Origin: Macrostomum lignano | Lineage: Eukaryota | Direction of reading: 5' to 3' | Length of the DNA stretch: 29,729 bases | NCBI GenBank assembly: GCA_002269645.1 | Contig: NIVC01004975.1 | Coordinates: 1-29,729, forward strand | Shown: piece by piece, positions 9,737-20,054 of the stretch | Numbering within the stretch: position 1 is the first letter of the stretch | How the letters are laid out: each line of letters starts with the position of its first letter | Notes under the pieces: generated by a model | What the model was told of the DNA's origin: nothing | The model's input: the letters and a program-made list of their open reading frames with translations, nothing else | Database searches by the model: none | Position numbers and translations under genes: made by a program

Positions 9737-11284
9737 TAGGGGGCGACCGGGACAGCCAAAGTCGGGCCCGGGTCGGGCCCGGGAATGAGGACTCGGGCCC
9801 GGGTCGGGCCTCGGGAATTCGGGACAAGATCTTTAGGACAGCTCAATAATTGGAAAAAAAATCATAATAAATCTTAATACTTTTAGCATATGCGGATTAC
9901 TATTAAATATATAATAAATATATAGATATATTAAATCTAATATAATATATTAAATTTATAATAAATATATGATAAACATTAAATATATTATAATATATAA
10001 ATATATTGAATATATAATAATATATAAATATAATAAATATAATATATTAAATTAAATATATATTAAATATATAATATAATAAATATTATTTTTATTTAAT
10101 ACATTAGTTAAGACTTCAGAATAGATAAGAGTTACATTAAAAGACTTAATACTCAAATATCAATATACCCAATAGTTCAAATTCAATGTCACTGTGTGGC
10201 ACAAGTACTGTGTGTGTGCCAGTGACAGTGACACTAATAGGCAGTGAGGTAGGCAAGCAGGCACTACGGTAGTGCGGCTGGCACTGGCAGTGGCAGTAAG
10301 CAAAAAGAAGAAAAGCTGAAGCATTAAGTGTAAGGCACTTGGCATTGGAAGCAATAAGGAAGTAAGAACCAAATCAATTGATTGATTCTTTTATTTGAAT
10401 TTTTAGTTCCTTTACATAGCTTCAATGTAAAGAGCCATGTACACAGTCAGTATTCAATAAGACAACAAGACAAGACAACAGAACAGAACACAAGTGAAGT
10501 GACAACACAACACAACACTCAACTGTCTCAACAGAACAGGCAAACAGACAATGGAAATACAAGTAATTAGCTGATACCTGCCTACCTGCTCACCTACCTA
10601 CCTAAACGAATATGATTACGAATATGATACTATGAGTCTACGACTACAACTACCTACGAATACAATACAAATATGAACACGATTACAAACTCTGACAGAT
10701 AGCAAACTTCTTGGAAAAATGGTAGCCTTGGCCCTTAATAGGTACTTCTTGGAATGTAAATAGGAAATGTTATTTACAAAAGCTTAAAATTGACAAATCA
10801 ACTTTTTTAAGAATCATATTTTTGCTTTTAGGCTGCAGCCTGCAGCGTGTAAAGTGGAATCAATATTGCAAAAAAGTATTGCAAAACTATGTTTTAATTT
10901 TATCTTCCTGGAAAAAATCCGATCTTCCTGGAAAGTGGAAACTGGCTGTGGCTGACGCTCACGGTCACAGTCACAGACGCTCACGCTAAGAGCATACTAC
11001 AAATCAATGATATTGCTACTTCACATCATATCATCTATTACTATTACTGCAGTCGTGCAGTGCTTGAGTCTTGAGTGCTGATGCGATGCTTAACTGAGTG
11101 TTGTGCTGTGCTGTGAATAAAAATAATTTTATTCTTATTCGCACGCGGTTAGTGCCTTTAGGGAAAAAAGACTTGTCCCGATTTCCCGACTTTTTTAGGG
11201 TCGGGCCCGGGCCCGGGTCGGGCCACGATTTTGGTCGGGATTCCCGACTTTTCGGGCCCGGGCCCGGGACTGGGTCGCCCCCTA
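9737..11284. mobile_element. Non-autonomous hAT-superfamily DNA transposon, 1548 bp
   Basis: Perfect 12-bp TIR TAGGGGGCGACC / GGTCGCCCCCTA. Perfect 8-bp TSD GTCAAAAC (9729-9736, 11285-11292). Clusters of CGGGCCCGGG subterminal motifs at both ends. No intact transposase inside. Confidence 0.92.
9890..10095. repeat. Nearly pure A/T low-complexity tract inside the hAT element
   Basis: About 200 bp of (TATAA/ATATT)-like sequence with almost no G or C. Confidence 0.9.
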
Positions 11285-11833
11285 GTCAAAACCGTTGAAC
11301 AAAGAGCTGAAATGGAGAGCGGAGATTTTGCGCCAATTGAGGTTGCAAAATTGCCATTACGCGACCCGAACCCATGCGAATCTCCTGATCCCACGATATG
11401 CGTCTCGCCTGTCCAGGTTAATTAATCGAATCTTTCGCCGAAAATGAATTGCCTTACAGCGACAGAAATGTCATCCGAAATCAATAATCTTGAAGCTCCT
11501 GACCGTGTTCCGATCCGGCCCAAGCTGCCGGCAGGCGCTAAGGCCACGGTCGCCGGCAGGGTAGCTGACCTCAAAGGGCAAGGAAGACTCAAACTGAAGA
11601 TCTTGGTGGTGACTCCGCCGCCCAGCGAAGTGCCAAGAATGACCTACATGGAGGAAGAGCTGGTAGTCCATGCCCCAGGTTCGCCGCCACGCCTAAACCG
11701 GCTAGTGTCAACAGGCAGCAGCATCGCCTTGGTGCAGCGAGCCGGTAGCTCGCACCCAGTGGACTATGGCGCTGACCAGGCGGCGCGCTGTCGAGAAAAA
11801 GGAAGCGATCCCATAGGTCTCTCAACGAGATGA
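11285..11833 (+). pseudogene. Continuation of the Gypsy pol C-terminal reading frame beyond the hAT insertion
   Basis: Removing the hAT plus one TSD joins ...RGANVKT to VEQRAEMES... in frame. After a single TAA (11423-11425) the 11444-11833 ORF continues in the same frame. Confidence 0.65.
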
Positions 11834-12850
11834 GATTGTAAAGATGAGAGAGATGAAAGGAAAGATTAGAGAGTAGAGTAGAGATGAGAGATGAAGGAAG
11901 AGAGAGCAGAGTGCAGAGAGACGAGAGAAGAGAATAGAGGGGAGAGAGTATAGAAGAGGGAAGAGAAGAGAGGAGTAAGGAAAGAGAGGAGTCAGAAGAG
12001 GGAAAAGAGAAGAGTAAACAGGAGAGAAGAGAGTAGAGATGACAGAAGAGAGAGGGGGATGAGAGAGCAAAGATGAGAATGAACAGACGATATAAGAGAG
12101 GAAAGAGGAGAGTGGATAGAGAAGAGAGAAGACAAGAGAGGGAAAGAGTGTACAAGAGGGAAGAGAAGAGAAGAGAAAAAAGGAGAAAGGTAAGAGAGGA
12201 GTCAAAAGAGAGGAAAGAGTACAGAGGAGAGAGGTGACAGAATATACGAGTGTAAGAGAGTAAAGATAACAGATGAGAGAGGGGATAAGAGATGACAGAT
12301 AAGAGAGCAGAAACGAGAATGAACAGACGAAAGATGGGTGAGTAGAGAGAAAAGAGAAGAGTTAACAAATAAAACATGAGAGATGAGAGGTGAGACAAGG
12401 GGGAAGAGAAGTGAGTGAGGAGAGAGGAGAGGAGAGGAGAGAATCGAGAGGACGGGGAAAGAGGGGAAGGACGAAAGAGTGAGGAAAGAGACGATAGAAG
12501 AGATGAGAGAAGAGAGTGGAGAGGAGAGAGGGGAGAGTTGAGAGAAGAGAGGAGAAAGGAGAGAAGAGAGATGAGGGAAGTGTTGAGAGGTTAAAGTAAG
12601 GAATGAGAAGAGAGAAGAGGGAAGAGAGAGTAAAGTGGAGAGAGGAGAGGGGAGAGTTGAGAGGAGAGGAGAAAGGAGAGAAGAGAGAGCAGAGGCTAGA
12701 GAGAAGAGAGAAGAGGAGACAGAGAAAATAATAGAGGGGAGAGGTAACAGATGAGAAGAGGGGAGAGAGGAGAGAAGAAAGAAGAGATGAGAGAAGAGAG
12801 AAGAGACGAGAGACAAGAGAGAAAAGAGGAAACAGAAGAGAAAATAGAAG
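11826..12850. repeat. About 1-kb GA-rich (purine-strand) low-complexity tract
   Basis: The plus strand is almost entirely G/A; it generates spurious L/S/F/P ORFs on the minus strand. Confidence 0.95.
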
Positions 12851-12879
12851 TTTCAAAGGATTCAAGGGACATAGGGAGA

Positions 12880-13095
12880 GGCAGAGGTAGAGGCCAGTGT
12901 TTGCCTGACATTCTACGCAGCACCCCAGCTAACAATATCAATGTTTGCCTCAAATCCTAATTTTACACAAATGTACTCGATTTTATGTTTAACTATATCC
13001 TAACTATTAACAAGTTTTTTGTTTGAGTTTAACCTAAGATTTTAGAGTACATACAAAAATAGTTCTGGGGATTGGAATTCCCCGGGTTCAAAATC
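12880..13095 (+). repeat. Dispersed repeat family A, copy 1
   Basis: Shares CCTGACATTCT(A/G)CGCAGCACCCCAGC, TAACTATT(A/G)ACAAGTTTTT and GGGATTGGAATTCC...TAGCTTGT with 19400-19584. Confidence 0.85.
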
Positions 13096-13903
13096 CGCGC
13101 GTTTCAATAGCTTGTTTTAATATAATAATATTTTAAGCATATTTATCGTTTGATCAATAAATTTAGCCTATCTTGAATAATTTGCCCGTGGGGCATAAAA
13201 CAACCAATTAATCTTAACTCCGAACCAGCTCTGAGAAATCAACGTCCCGCAATACGTAAATTACGGTGGTGGCAGCGCTACTCTACTGTTAGTAAGCAAC
13301 TAAGAAAATCGACGTACATTGAATTTGCGGTGTCTAAGGACCCAATTGAACGACCGTGCCTGTTAACGACCGCTCGACTACGATTACGACTACCCCCCTC
13401 CCCCCCACCCGGAATTAAGGACCCAGCAGACGGAGTATTCAGGAGAAATTCGTTGAGATTCGACTGCGTGATTTTCCGGTATTATTCCTGCGAACTCAGC
13501 TCCGGCGGCAATTCAAATTTTTTCATCCGCCCAACCACCAAAGCTCTCTTTTTTTCTCCACCTTTATACTCGTAAATTTCATCATAGATTTATGATTTTT
13601 AAAGTTGATATGAGAATGCAGCGAATTACTATTAAGTTATTGTGATTCATTTAACACAGTATTGAAGTAAAGCAAAAATTATCCAGACACCACAAATTTT
13701 CTCAAGACCTCTGGCAGTAAATTATGACGCTACACTGGAAGAACGAAAAAAAGTAAATTTTTTAGGCTGATATCCATCAAATATTGCTCTGCGGAAAGAG
13801 GAAAAAGTCATTTATTGATCACAAAATCAATGATGCATTTGATGTCGGTTAATGAAGATTACCATACTTCTAATTTGTTTGTTTGTACCACTAACTCAGC
13901 CCT

Positions 13904-14180
13904 CAGGGGTCGGCAAACTTTTTTAATTCAGCCGTCAAGGGCCAGATTGATAACTTAGCACATGACTGCGGACCATAGTGGGGAGAGACGAGAGAAGGAA
14001 GAGGAAAGGAAATGAGAGAGTAGAGAGGAGAGGAGAGGAGAGAATATAGAGAGAGGAAGGGAAAGAGAAGAGATAGGAAATTAGAGAGAAAAGAGAAGAG
14101 ATAGGAAATTAGAGAGAAAAGAGAAATGAGAGAGGCCGGATCGCTATTGTGAATTTTCAATGGACCCGAGGGCCGGATGG
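13904..14180 (+). mobile_element. Truncated hAT (Charlie/MER58-like) MITE, left end, with internal GA-rich tract
   Basis: Begins CAGGGGTCGGCAAACTTTTT, the typical hAT-Charlie MITE terminus, with GGGCCGGA-type internal motifs. GA tract 13984-14133. No matching right TIR found. Confidence 0.6.
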
Positions 14181-14992
14181 AGAAGTTTCTTTCTCCATTC
14201 TCCACGATTTTAACAAAATTGAAAGAGCTTTTTTGAAAGGGATTTTCAGAATATAGTTGGGAGCTGTTAAAATGCTCAAGTGGAATTTGAATCTAACAAA
14301 TATCTAAATAGATTTCTCAGGTAAACTTAGTGTTAGAAGAAATGGAATTTCTAGAATAAAGAAGCCTAACTGATTTGAATCGGGTGCAGTGTCGCCACCC
14401 CAGCGAATTTGAATCGCTGGGCGATTTTAAATGGCTACGAGCTACTAAGCGATATTTGTCATATTCAGCAAATTTCAGTGATTTTTTTATATTGGGCCTT
14501 AAAATCGTGAAATATGACTGGAACTCTATGATCTAAATAATTAAATATTTCAAAGTCTATGAATAAAACTCTATGATTTTCGTAATAATCACAGAGATTC
14601 TAGGGATAAGAATCATGGTCAAAAGTTTTTGTGTTGTGTTGTGTTGTTTATAACAGTTGTACACTCTTTCTAAGAACTTCCCTATTTTTGCCTCTCAGAT
14701 ATGTTTCACACGGCAGCCTAACCGTTTTTGAGCGAGCACGGAGTTCTAAGTGAGTAACCTTTTATTAAAAGCGCTAACACCCACCTTATTAAACTGTTTG
14801 TACAAGTTTGTAGCACCTAGCACGGACATTAGCATTTAGTCTGGTCAAATATTTCTGGTTATCCCTGTATGTACGCAGGACGAGAAAAAACGCTCTGAGG
14901 CAGAGGGCTAAAGATCGTCCGAGATATTTAAAAGCAGCCTTCTGGTCGACTTGAAACGAGTTAAAAAAATTTCTGTGTCGTTATTCCTCCAG

Positions 14993-15690
14993 CCATACCA
15001 ACAGATAAGCCCGAATGTTACGTTTCTGATGGAGTATCTTCCAGAGTTCAAGAGGAATTAACTGCAGCGGTGAAACAGCTTTCTGATATCATCAAGAAAG
15101 GAGAGGAATATTATCGAGAAGAAAAAATCGCTTCTCAAGCCCGAATGGAAGCTACGACAGAAGCAGCAGTTCCAGCTGAACCTACCGGACCTTCCAACGC
15201 TTTTCGCGATGTGAAGAAGCTGAGACGGTCAATCCAGGAGAGAGCAACGACTGCTTTCAAGAGAACTGGAAACAGAGTCCCGATTCCATGGAAGCAAATG
15301 GAGAGTGACAAGCAAAATAAAACCAGATTTGCACGCGGAAGATTTTCTCTTGATTTCAAGTCACCCCATCATTTAAACAGGGCGGAATGTGTTCAGTTGG
15401 CCGAAAAGTTGGAAAATACGGATTTGGTATTTGTCAACTACCAACATTCTGACCTTGTTGCAGATGCAGTGCATTCGGCCCAGCCGGCCCCAGAGACGGC
15501 CCAGCCGACACCAGCCACGGCCGCTGCAACAATAGCCACGAGTGCTAAAATGAACATCCCGGCAGACAAACCTGATGAGTTTGATAACTACGAGCTTGGA
15601 TCTGGAACCAGCGCTTATCAAGAATTTTTCACAAGGACCAAAGCAGTGCAACAGTGCCAGCACAGCCGCAGGGAGCTGCTACTGTACTGA
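14993..15690 (+). CDS. Putative coding exon of an unknown protein (about 230 codons open)
   Basis: Polypyrimidine-CAG acceptor at 14992. The frame is open from 14995 through the 206-aa ORF, with natural composition (charged helix, IPWKQM motif, A/P/T-rich linker). Donor CAG|GTATGT at 15709 lies in a shifted frame. No family recognised. Confidence 0.5.
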
Positions 15691-16119
15691 CTAACAGTAA
15701 TCAAACAGGTATGTCTCATTCAGCTTTAGAGACGAGAGCCAATCCGACTACTATCAGTTTATTCGGCTGCTTGGATGCTTCTCGCTATAGTTAAGCATGT
15801 ATTTATATTTATTCGAATTAAAAGCCAAAAAAGTATCTGTTTTAAACTTTACTGATTTTATACAGTAGCAACCCTCAGTCTCTTTGCAAGACTGGCCACT
15901 TTGCAGAAAATGCTGTGGCAGAAGATCTGGTTCACTGCTGTGACTTTGCCCACTTTGCAAATCAATTCTGTATACTTTGCTGGGGTAATTATTGTCACTT
16001 TGCATACATCCAGATCCCCACTCCTGCGTTGTGATGACCTCTGCGTGGTGCAGGAGAGGCAACAACCCTGTTCACAAAAACACGGTTGGCTAACAATCAC
16101 AGTTAGTATATAGCTAGTT

Positions 16120-16240
16120 AAATCCCAGATCTCCCAGATTTCAGATCTCAGATTTCATATATCAGATCTCAGATCCCAGATCTCAGATCCCAGATTTCAG
16201 ATCTCAGATCCCAGTCTCAGATTTCAGATCCCAGATCCCG
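16120..16240. repeat. 7-bp AGATNNN satellite, short array 1
   Basis: Units AGATCTC, AGATCCC, AGATTTC. Confidence 0.9.
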
Positions 16241-16625
16241 GGATTCTAAACTTTTAAATATACAAAATACAACAGTCATTACCTATATTGTGCATATATT
16301 CTTAATGTCTTGTTTTCTCATGAAAATACCTGTGTATTAGAACTCCCACGACTCCAACTCCCTCTTCTCTTCTCTGTCTCCTCTTTCTTTCTACTGACTC
16401 CCTCCTCTATCGTGTATCATCTCTCTCCCATCTCCCAATGCACCCCAGCTCTCACTTCTCTCCCATTTCTTTTCCCTATTCACCCTATAGGTCACTTCTC
16501 TCCCATTTTTCCCTATTCACCCTATCTGTCACTTCTTCCATTTCTCCCATATTTAGTATATAAAAATATAAATTTCGAAAGGATTAGAATTTTATATAAT
16601 AGAATTTCTGTAATCATTTGCAGCA

Positions 16626-16901
16626 ATGGCAAAAAAAAGTAGAAAGAGGCCGCGGAGACCGGCGGAGGCAGCACCGGAGGCTCCGGCGGCTCCGGCGGAG
16701 GCAGCACCGGCGGAGGCGGCTGCCAGAGTTGACTGGGCCGCGGAGGTGGAGGCTGCGGCGGAGGCAGCTCCGGCGGCTCCGGCGGAGGCAGCACCGGCGG
16801 AGGCAGCACCGGCGGCTCCGGCGGAGGCAGCACCGGCGGAGGCGGCTGCCAGACGGCGGGCGGGCCGCCGCTGGGCCCGCGTCCGCAAAAGAGAAACATT
16901 A
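16626..16901 (+). CDS. Paralog A exon 1: K/R N-terminus, A/E/P repeats, GRRW motif
   Basis: Acceptor TTTGCAG ends at 16623, 2 nt before ATG. MAKKSRKRPRR PAEAAP-repeats VDWAAEVE ... RRAGRRWARVRKRETL. Phase-0 donor GTACGT at 16902. Confidence 0.6.
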
Positions 16902-16950
16902 GTACGTGCATTTGCTGCCTAAATCATTTCTATATATATCTTTGCTATCT

Positions 16951-18093
16951 AGATCTCAGATTCCAGATTTCAGGTTCCAGATCCCAGATCTCAGATTCCA
17001 GATTTCAGGTTCCAGATCTCAGATTCCAGATCCCAGATCTCAGATCTTAAATCTCAGATTCCAGATCCCAGATCTCAGATTCCAGATCTTAGATTCCAGA
17101 TCCCAGATCTCAGATTCTAGATCCCAGATTTCAGATCTTAAATCTCAGATTCTAGATCCCTGATCTCAGATCTTAAATCTCAGATCCCAGATTCCAGATC
17201 TCAGATTCCAGATTCCAGATCCCAGATCTCAGATCTTAAATCTCAGATCTTAGATATCAGATTCCAGATCACAGATTCCAGTTTTCAGGTTCCAGATCCC
17301 AGATCTCAGATTCCAGATTTCAGGTTCCAGATCTCAGATTCCAGATCCCAGATCTCAGATCTTAAATCTCAGATTCCAGATCCCTGATCTCAGATTCCAG
17401 ATGCCAGATCTCAGATTCCAGATCTCAGATCTTAAATCTCAGATTCCAGATCCCAGATCTCAGATTCCAGATCTCAGATCTTAAATTTCAGATTCCAGAT
17501 TCCAGATCCCAGATCTCAGATCTTAAATCTCTGATTTTAGATCTCAGATCCCAGATTCCAGATCTCAGATTCCAGATTCCAGATTCCAGATCCCAGATCT
17601 CAGATCTTAAATCTCTGATTTTAGATCTCAGATCCCAGATTCCAGATCTCAGATTCCAGATTCCAGATTCCAGATCCCAGATCTCAGATCTTAAATCTCA
17701 GATTCTAGATCCCAGATTCTAGATCCCAGATCTCAGATCTTAAATCTCAGATTTTAGATCTCAGATCTCAGATTCCAGATCCCAGATCTCAGATCTTAAA
17801 TCTCAGATATTAGATCTCAGATTCCAGTTTTTAGGTCTCAGATTCCAGATTTCAGGTTCCAGATCCCAGATCTCAGATCTTAAATCTCAGATTCCAGATC
17901 CCAGATCTCAGATTCCAGATCCTAGATCTCAGATCTTAAATCTCAAATTCCAGATCCCAGATCTCAGATTCTAGATCCCAGATCTCAGATTTTAGATCTC
18001 AGATCTCAGATTCCAGATCTCAGATTCCAGATCCAAGATCTCAGATTCCAGATTTCAGGTTCCAGATCTAAGATTCTAGATCTCAGATCCCAG
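16951..18093. repeat. 7-bp AGATNNN satellite, array 2 (inside predicted intron 1 of paralog A)
   Basis: About 160 heptamers: AGATCTC, AGATTCC, AGATCCC, AGATCTT, AAATCTC, AGGTTCC, AGATTTC. Confidence 0.97.
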
Positions 18094-18216
18094 ACACAGT
18101 CTCAAGTTAGAATAAGCTTTACTGAGCTTTCAGATTGATGGTCAGGCACTAGGACATTACATTACACAGAATTAAATTCAGCAAGCTTATTTGTGTAAAT
18201 ATTAATTTATTTCCAG

Positions 18217-18275
18217 ATGCAAACCGTCGCCCGCTTGCAGCTGCTGCAAGCCCAGCTGCTGGGCCAGCTGGCTGG
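18217..18275 (+). CDS. Paralog A exon 2: Q/L-rich helix
   Basis: TTTATTTCCAG acceptor; MQTVARLQLLQAQLLGQLA(G); 59-nt GC-rich island. Phase 0 in, phase 2 out, with a weak GTGATA donor. Confidence 0.5.
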
Positions 18276-19111
18276 GTGATATTTTTCAAATATTGAATGC
18301 TAAAATGTATACTCCTAAATATGCAGTCTAATTTCTTTCATTTACGATTTAAATCGTAACTAGATCGGCTTCGTCTCGGCCCATCAACACAGTCCTCAGT
18401 CTTGTATGTGGTCCAGATAAATCAGTCCATGGGGTGATACCTTATACATATGCAGGCTAGCAAAAGAAGGCTATAGGGCTGCAGGGATCAGAAGTGAAGC
18501 TGCTGGCAGATCGTAGGAGATTTCAGATTTTCAGGTGTAAAATCCCTCCCCCTCTATGCTAAAGACCTCATTAATTCTCAGCACTGTCAAACACCTTTTA
18601 GATGCCCAGCAGTTCCTTCAGTGGCTGCACTGGCTGGTCCCTCAGGTCCTTCAGTGGGTGCCCCCTCAGATCCTTCAGTGGATGCCCTTCAGAACCCAAA
18701 ATCTAAAATCTAAAATCGACACATTTCGTAGCTGTCTACTTGGAGTAGCTGGTCAGAGAAGGCATCCCCGAATCTCCAGATTTCCTGATTCTCACATCCT
18801 TATCCCTGAATGTCATATCTTCCTATCTGATTTCCTCATGTTAATCTCAGAATAGCCTCATACACAACACAACTATAGTTTATGTATAACGTCTCTGTGC
18901 ATCAAAAGCTGAGCAGTTTAGAGTTAATAAGCAATTTACTATAAATGAAAAAAACAACAGTTCTCAGAGTAAAACTTACACTTGTTCTCTGGTTCTAATG
19001 TTCTCGCTATCAGAGACCTTATTCACGTCCCATCCCCCCCCAGAAATATCTTGATAGAACAAATTGCGCGCCTCTCAAAAAAACTTACATTGCGACTTTT
19101 GAACTTTACAG

Positions 19112-19204
19112 AAATACTGGATTCGGCTTGCGGGGCGGAGGGCGAGGCGGGGGACGAGGGCGAGGCGGGGGACGAGGGCGAGGCGGCCAGCCCTTCCATC
19201 ATTG
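19112..19204 (+). CDS. Paralog A exon 3: RGG box
   Basis: ACTTTACAG acceptor; NTGFGLRGGGRGGGRGRGGGRGRGGQPFHH; donor GTAAGTTGCCA at 19205. Phase-compatible with exon 2. Confidence 0.6.
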
Positions 19205-19399
19205 GTAAGTTGCCATAGGACACCATTTGTTTTTCAACACACAAAATTTAATTTTTTGGACACATACATGTACAGTCCAGACACCTGTACAGACACACAG
19301 AGAGACAGAAAAACACGGAGAAGGACAGATAAACGGGCAGACAGACAGGTGATAAATGTGAAGGAAAATCAACGAGAGAAGAATCCGAGGGACGTGAGA

Positions 19400-19584
19400 G
19401 AGGCAGAGGCCAGAGTTTGCCAATACAGACAGACATTTCCTGACATTCTGCGCAGCACCCCAGCCATTTTAACTATTGACAAGTTTTTGTTGGGATATGA
19501 CTTCAGATTTTGGAAAACATGCAAAAGTAGTTTCGGGGATTGGAATTCCACGGTTTCAATATACGCGGTTTTCAGTAGCTTGTG
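19400..19584 (+). repeat. Dispersed repeat family A, copy 2
   Basis: See 12880-13095; this copy lacks about 60 bp of the middle. Confidence 0.85.
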
Positions 19585-19602
19585 CTAAGCGGGTCTATGA
19601 AC

Positions 19603-19690
19603 TTTGCTAGCAGGAATTTTGCTGGCCGAAAGTTGCTAGCAGGAATTTTGCTAGCGAGGATTTAGCTAGCCGAAATCTGCTAGCGAGAAT
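19603..19690. repeat. About six 15-bp repeats centred on the palindrome GCTAGC
   Basis: TTTGCTAGCAGGAAT-like units; resembles one arm of a tandem-repeat TIR element. Confidence 0.75.
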
Positions 19691-19852
19691 CCAAACAAAA
19701 CCGGCAAGCAGCAATTTGGCTAGCCGAACTCAGGAAGTTGTAATTCGGTAGAGACAATTTGCTTAGTCAAGTTTCGCAAGAATTTCACTAAATCCTCTAT
19801 AGCGTCGCTCCACTTTTACCAATCCTCTTCAAATTGGACACAATCCAATTTT

Positions 19853-20014
19853 CAACTATTTTGACACAATCGTATAGTTTCGTATCTCGAAGTTAATTCT
19901 GAACGGCACTGTGTACTTTTAAAGTTAGTCTGCTTTTCGTCAGCAAGACAGCCACCCCAACCTCCGTCTCTCTCCTTCCTGGCCACTAGACAGATGTGTG
20001 AAAGGGGTTTAAAA
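19853..20014 (+). repeat. About 162-bp direct repeat, copy 1 (copy 2 at 22874-23037)
   Basis: CAACTATTTTGACACAATCGTATA...GAAAGGGGTTTAAAA; about 5 substitutions and one 2-bp indel between copies. Confidence 0.95.
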
Positions 20015-20054
20015 TTGACTAACTTTCAGCTGACACAAGTATGCTCCACGTATA

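Noticed and set aside
9733-9750. AAAACTAGGGGG as the Gypsy polypurine tract
   Set aside because: It is the hAT TIR plus TSD; the same sequence is inverted at 11273-11284 and the Gypsy frame resumes afterwards.
10774-10847. Minus-strand RCRLQPKSKNMILKK as the end of a hAT dimerisation domain
   Set aside because: Only a few residues resemble the R.RL.P...M pattern and a stop lies just upstream; too weak to call.
11589-12960. Long L/S/F/P-rich ORFs resembling membrane proteins
   Set aside because: Translations of the GA/TC low-complexity tract.
16522-16911. Alternative poly-Gly, poly-Arg and minus-strand poly-Pro readings of the GC-rich repeat
   Set aside because: The Gly frame has an internal stop. 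Only the Ala/Glu/Pro frame has both an acceptor-adjacent ATG and a phase-compatible donor.
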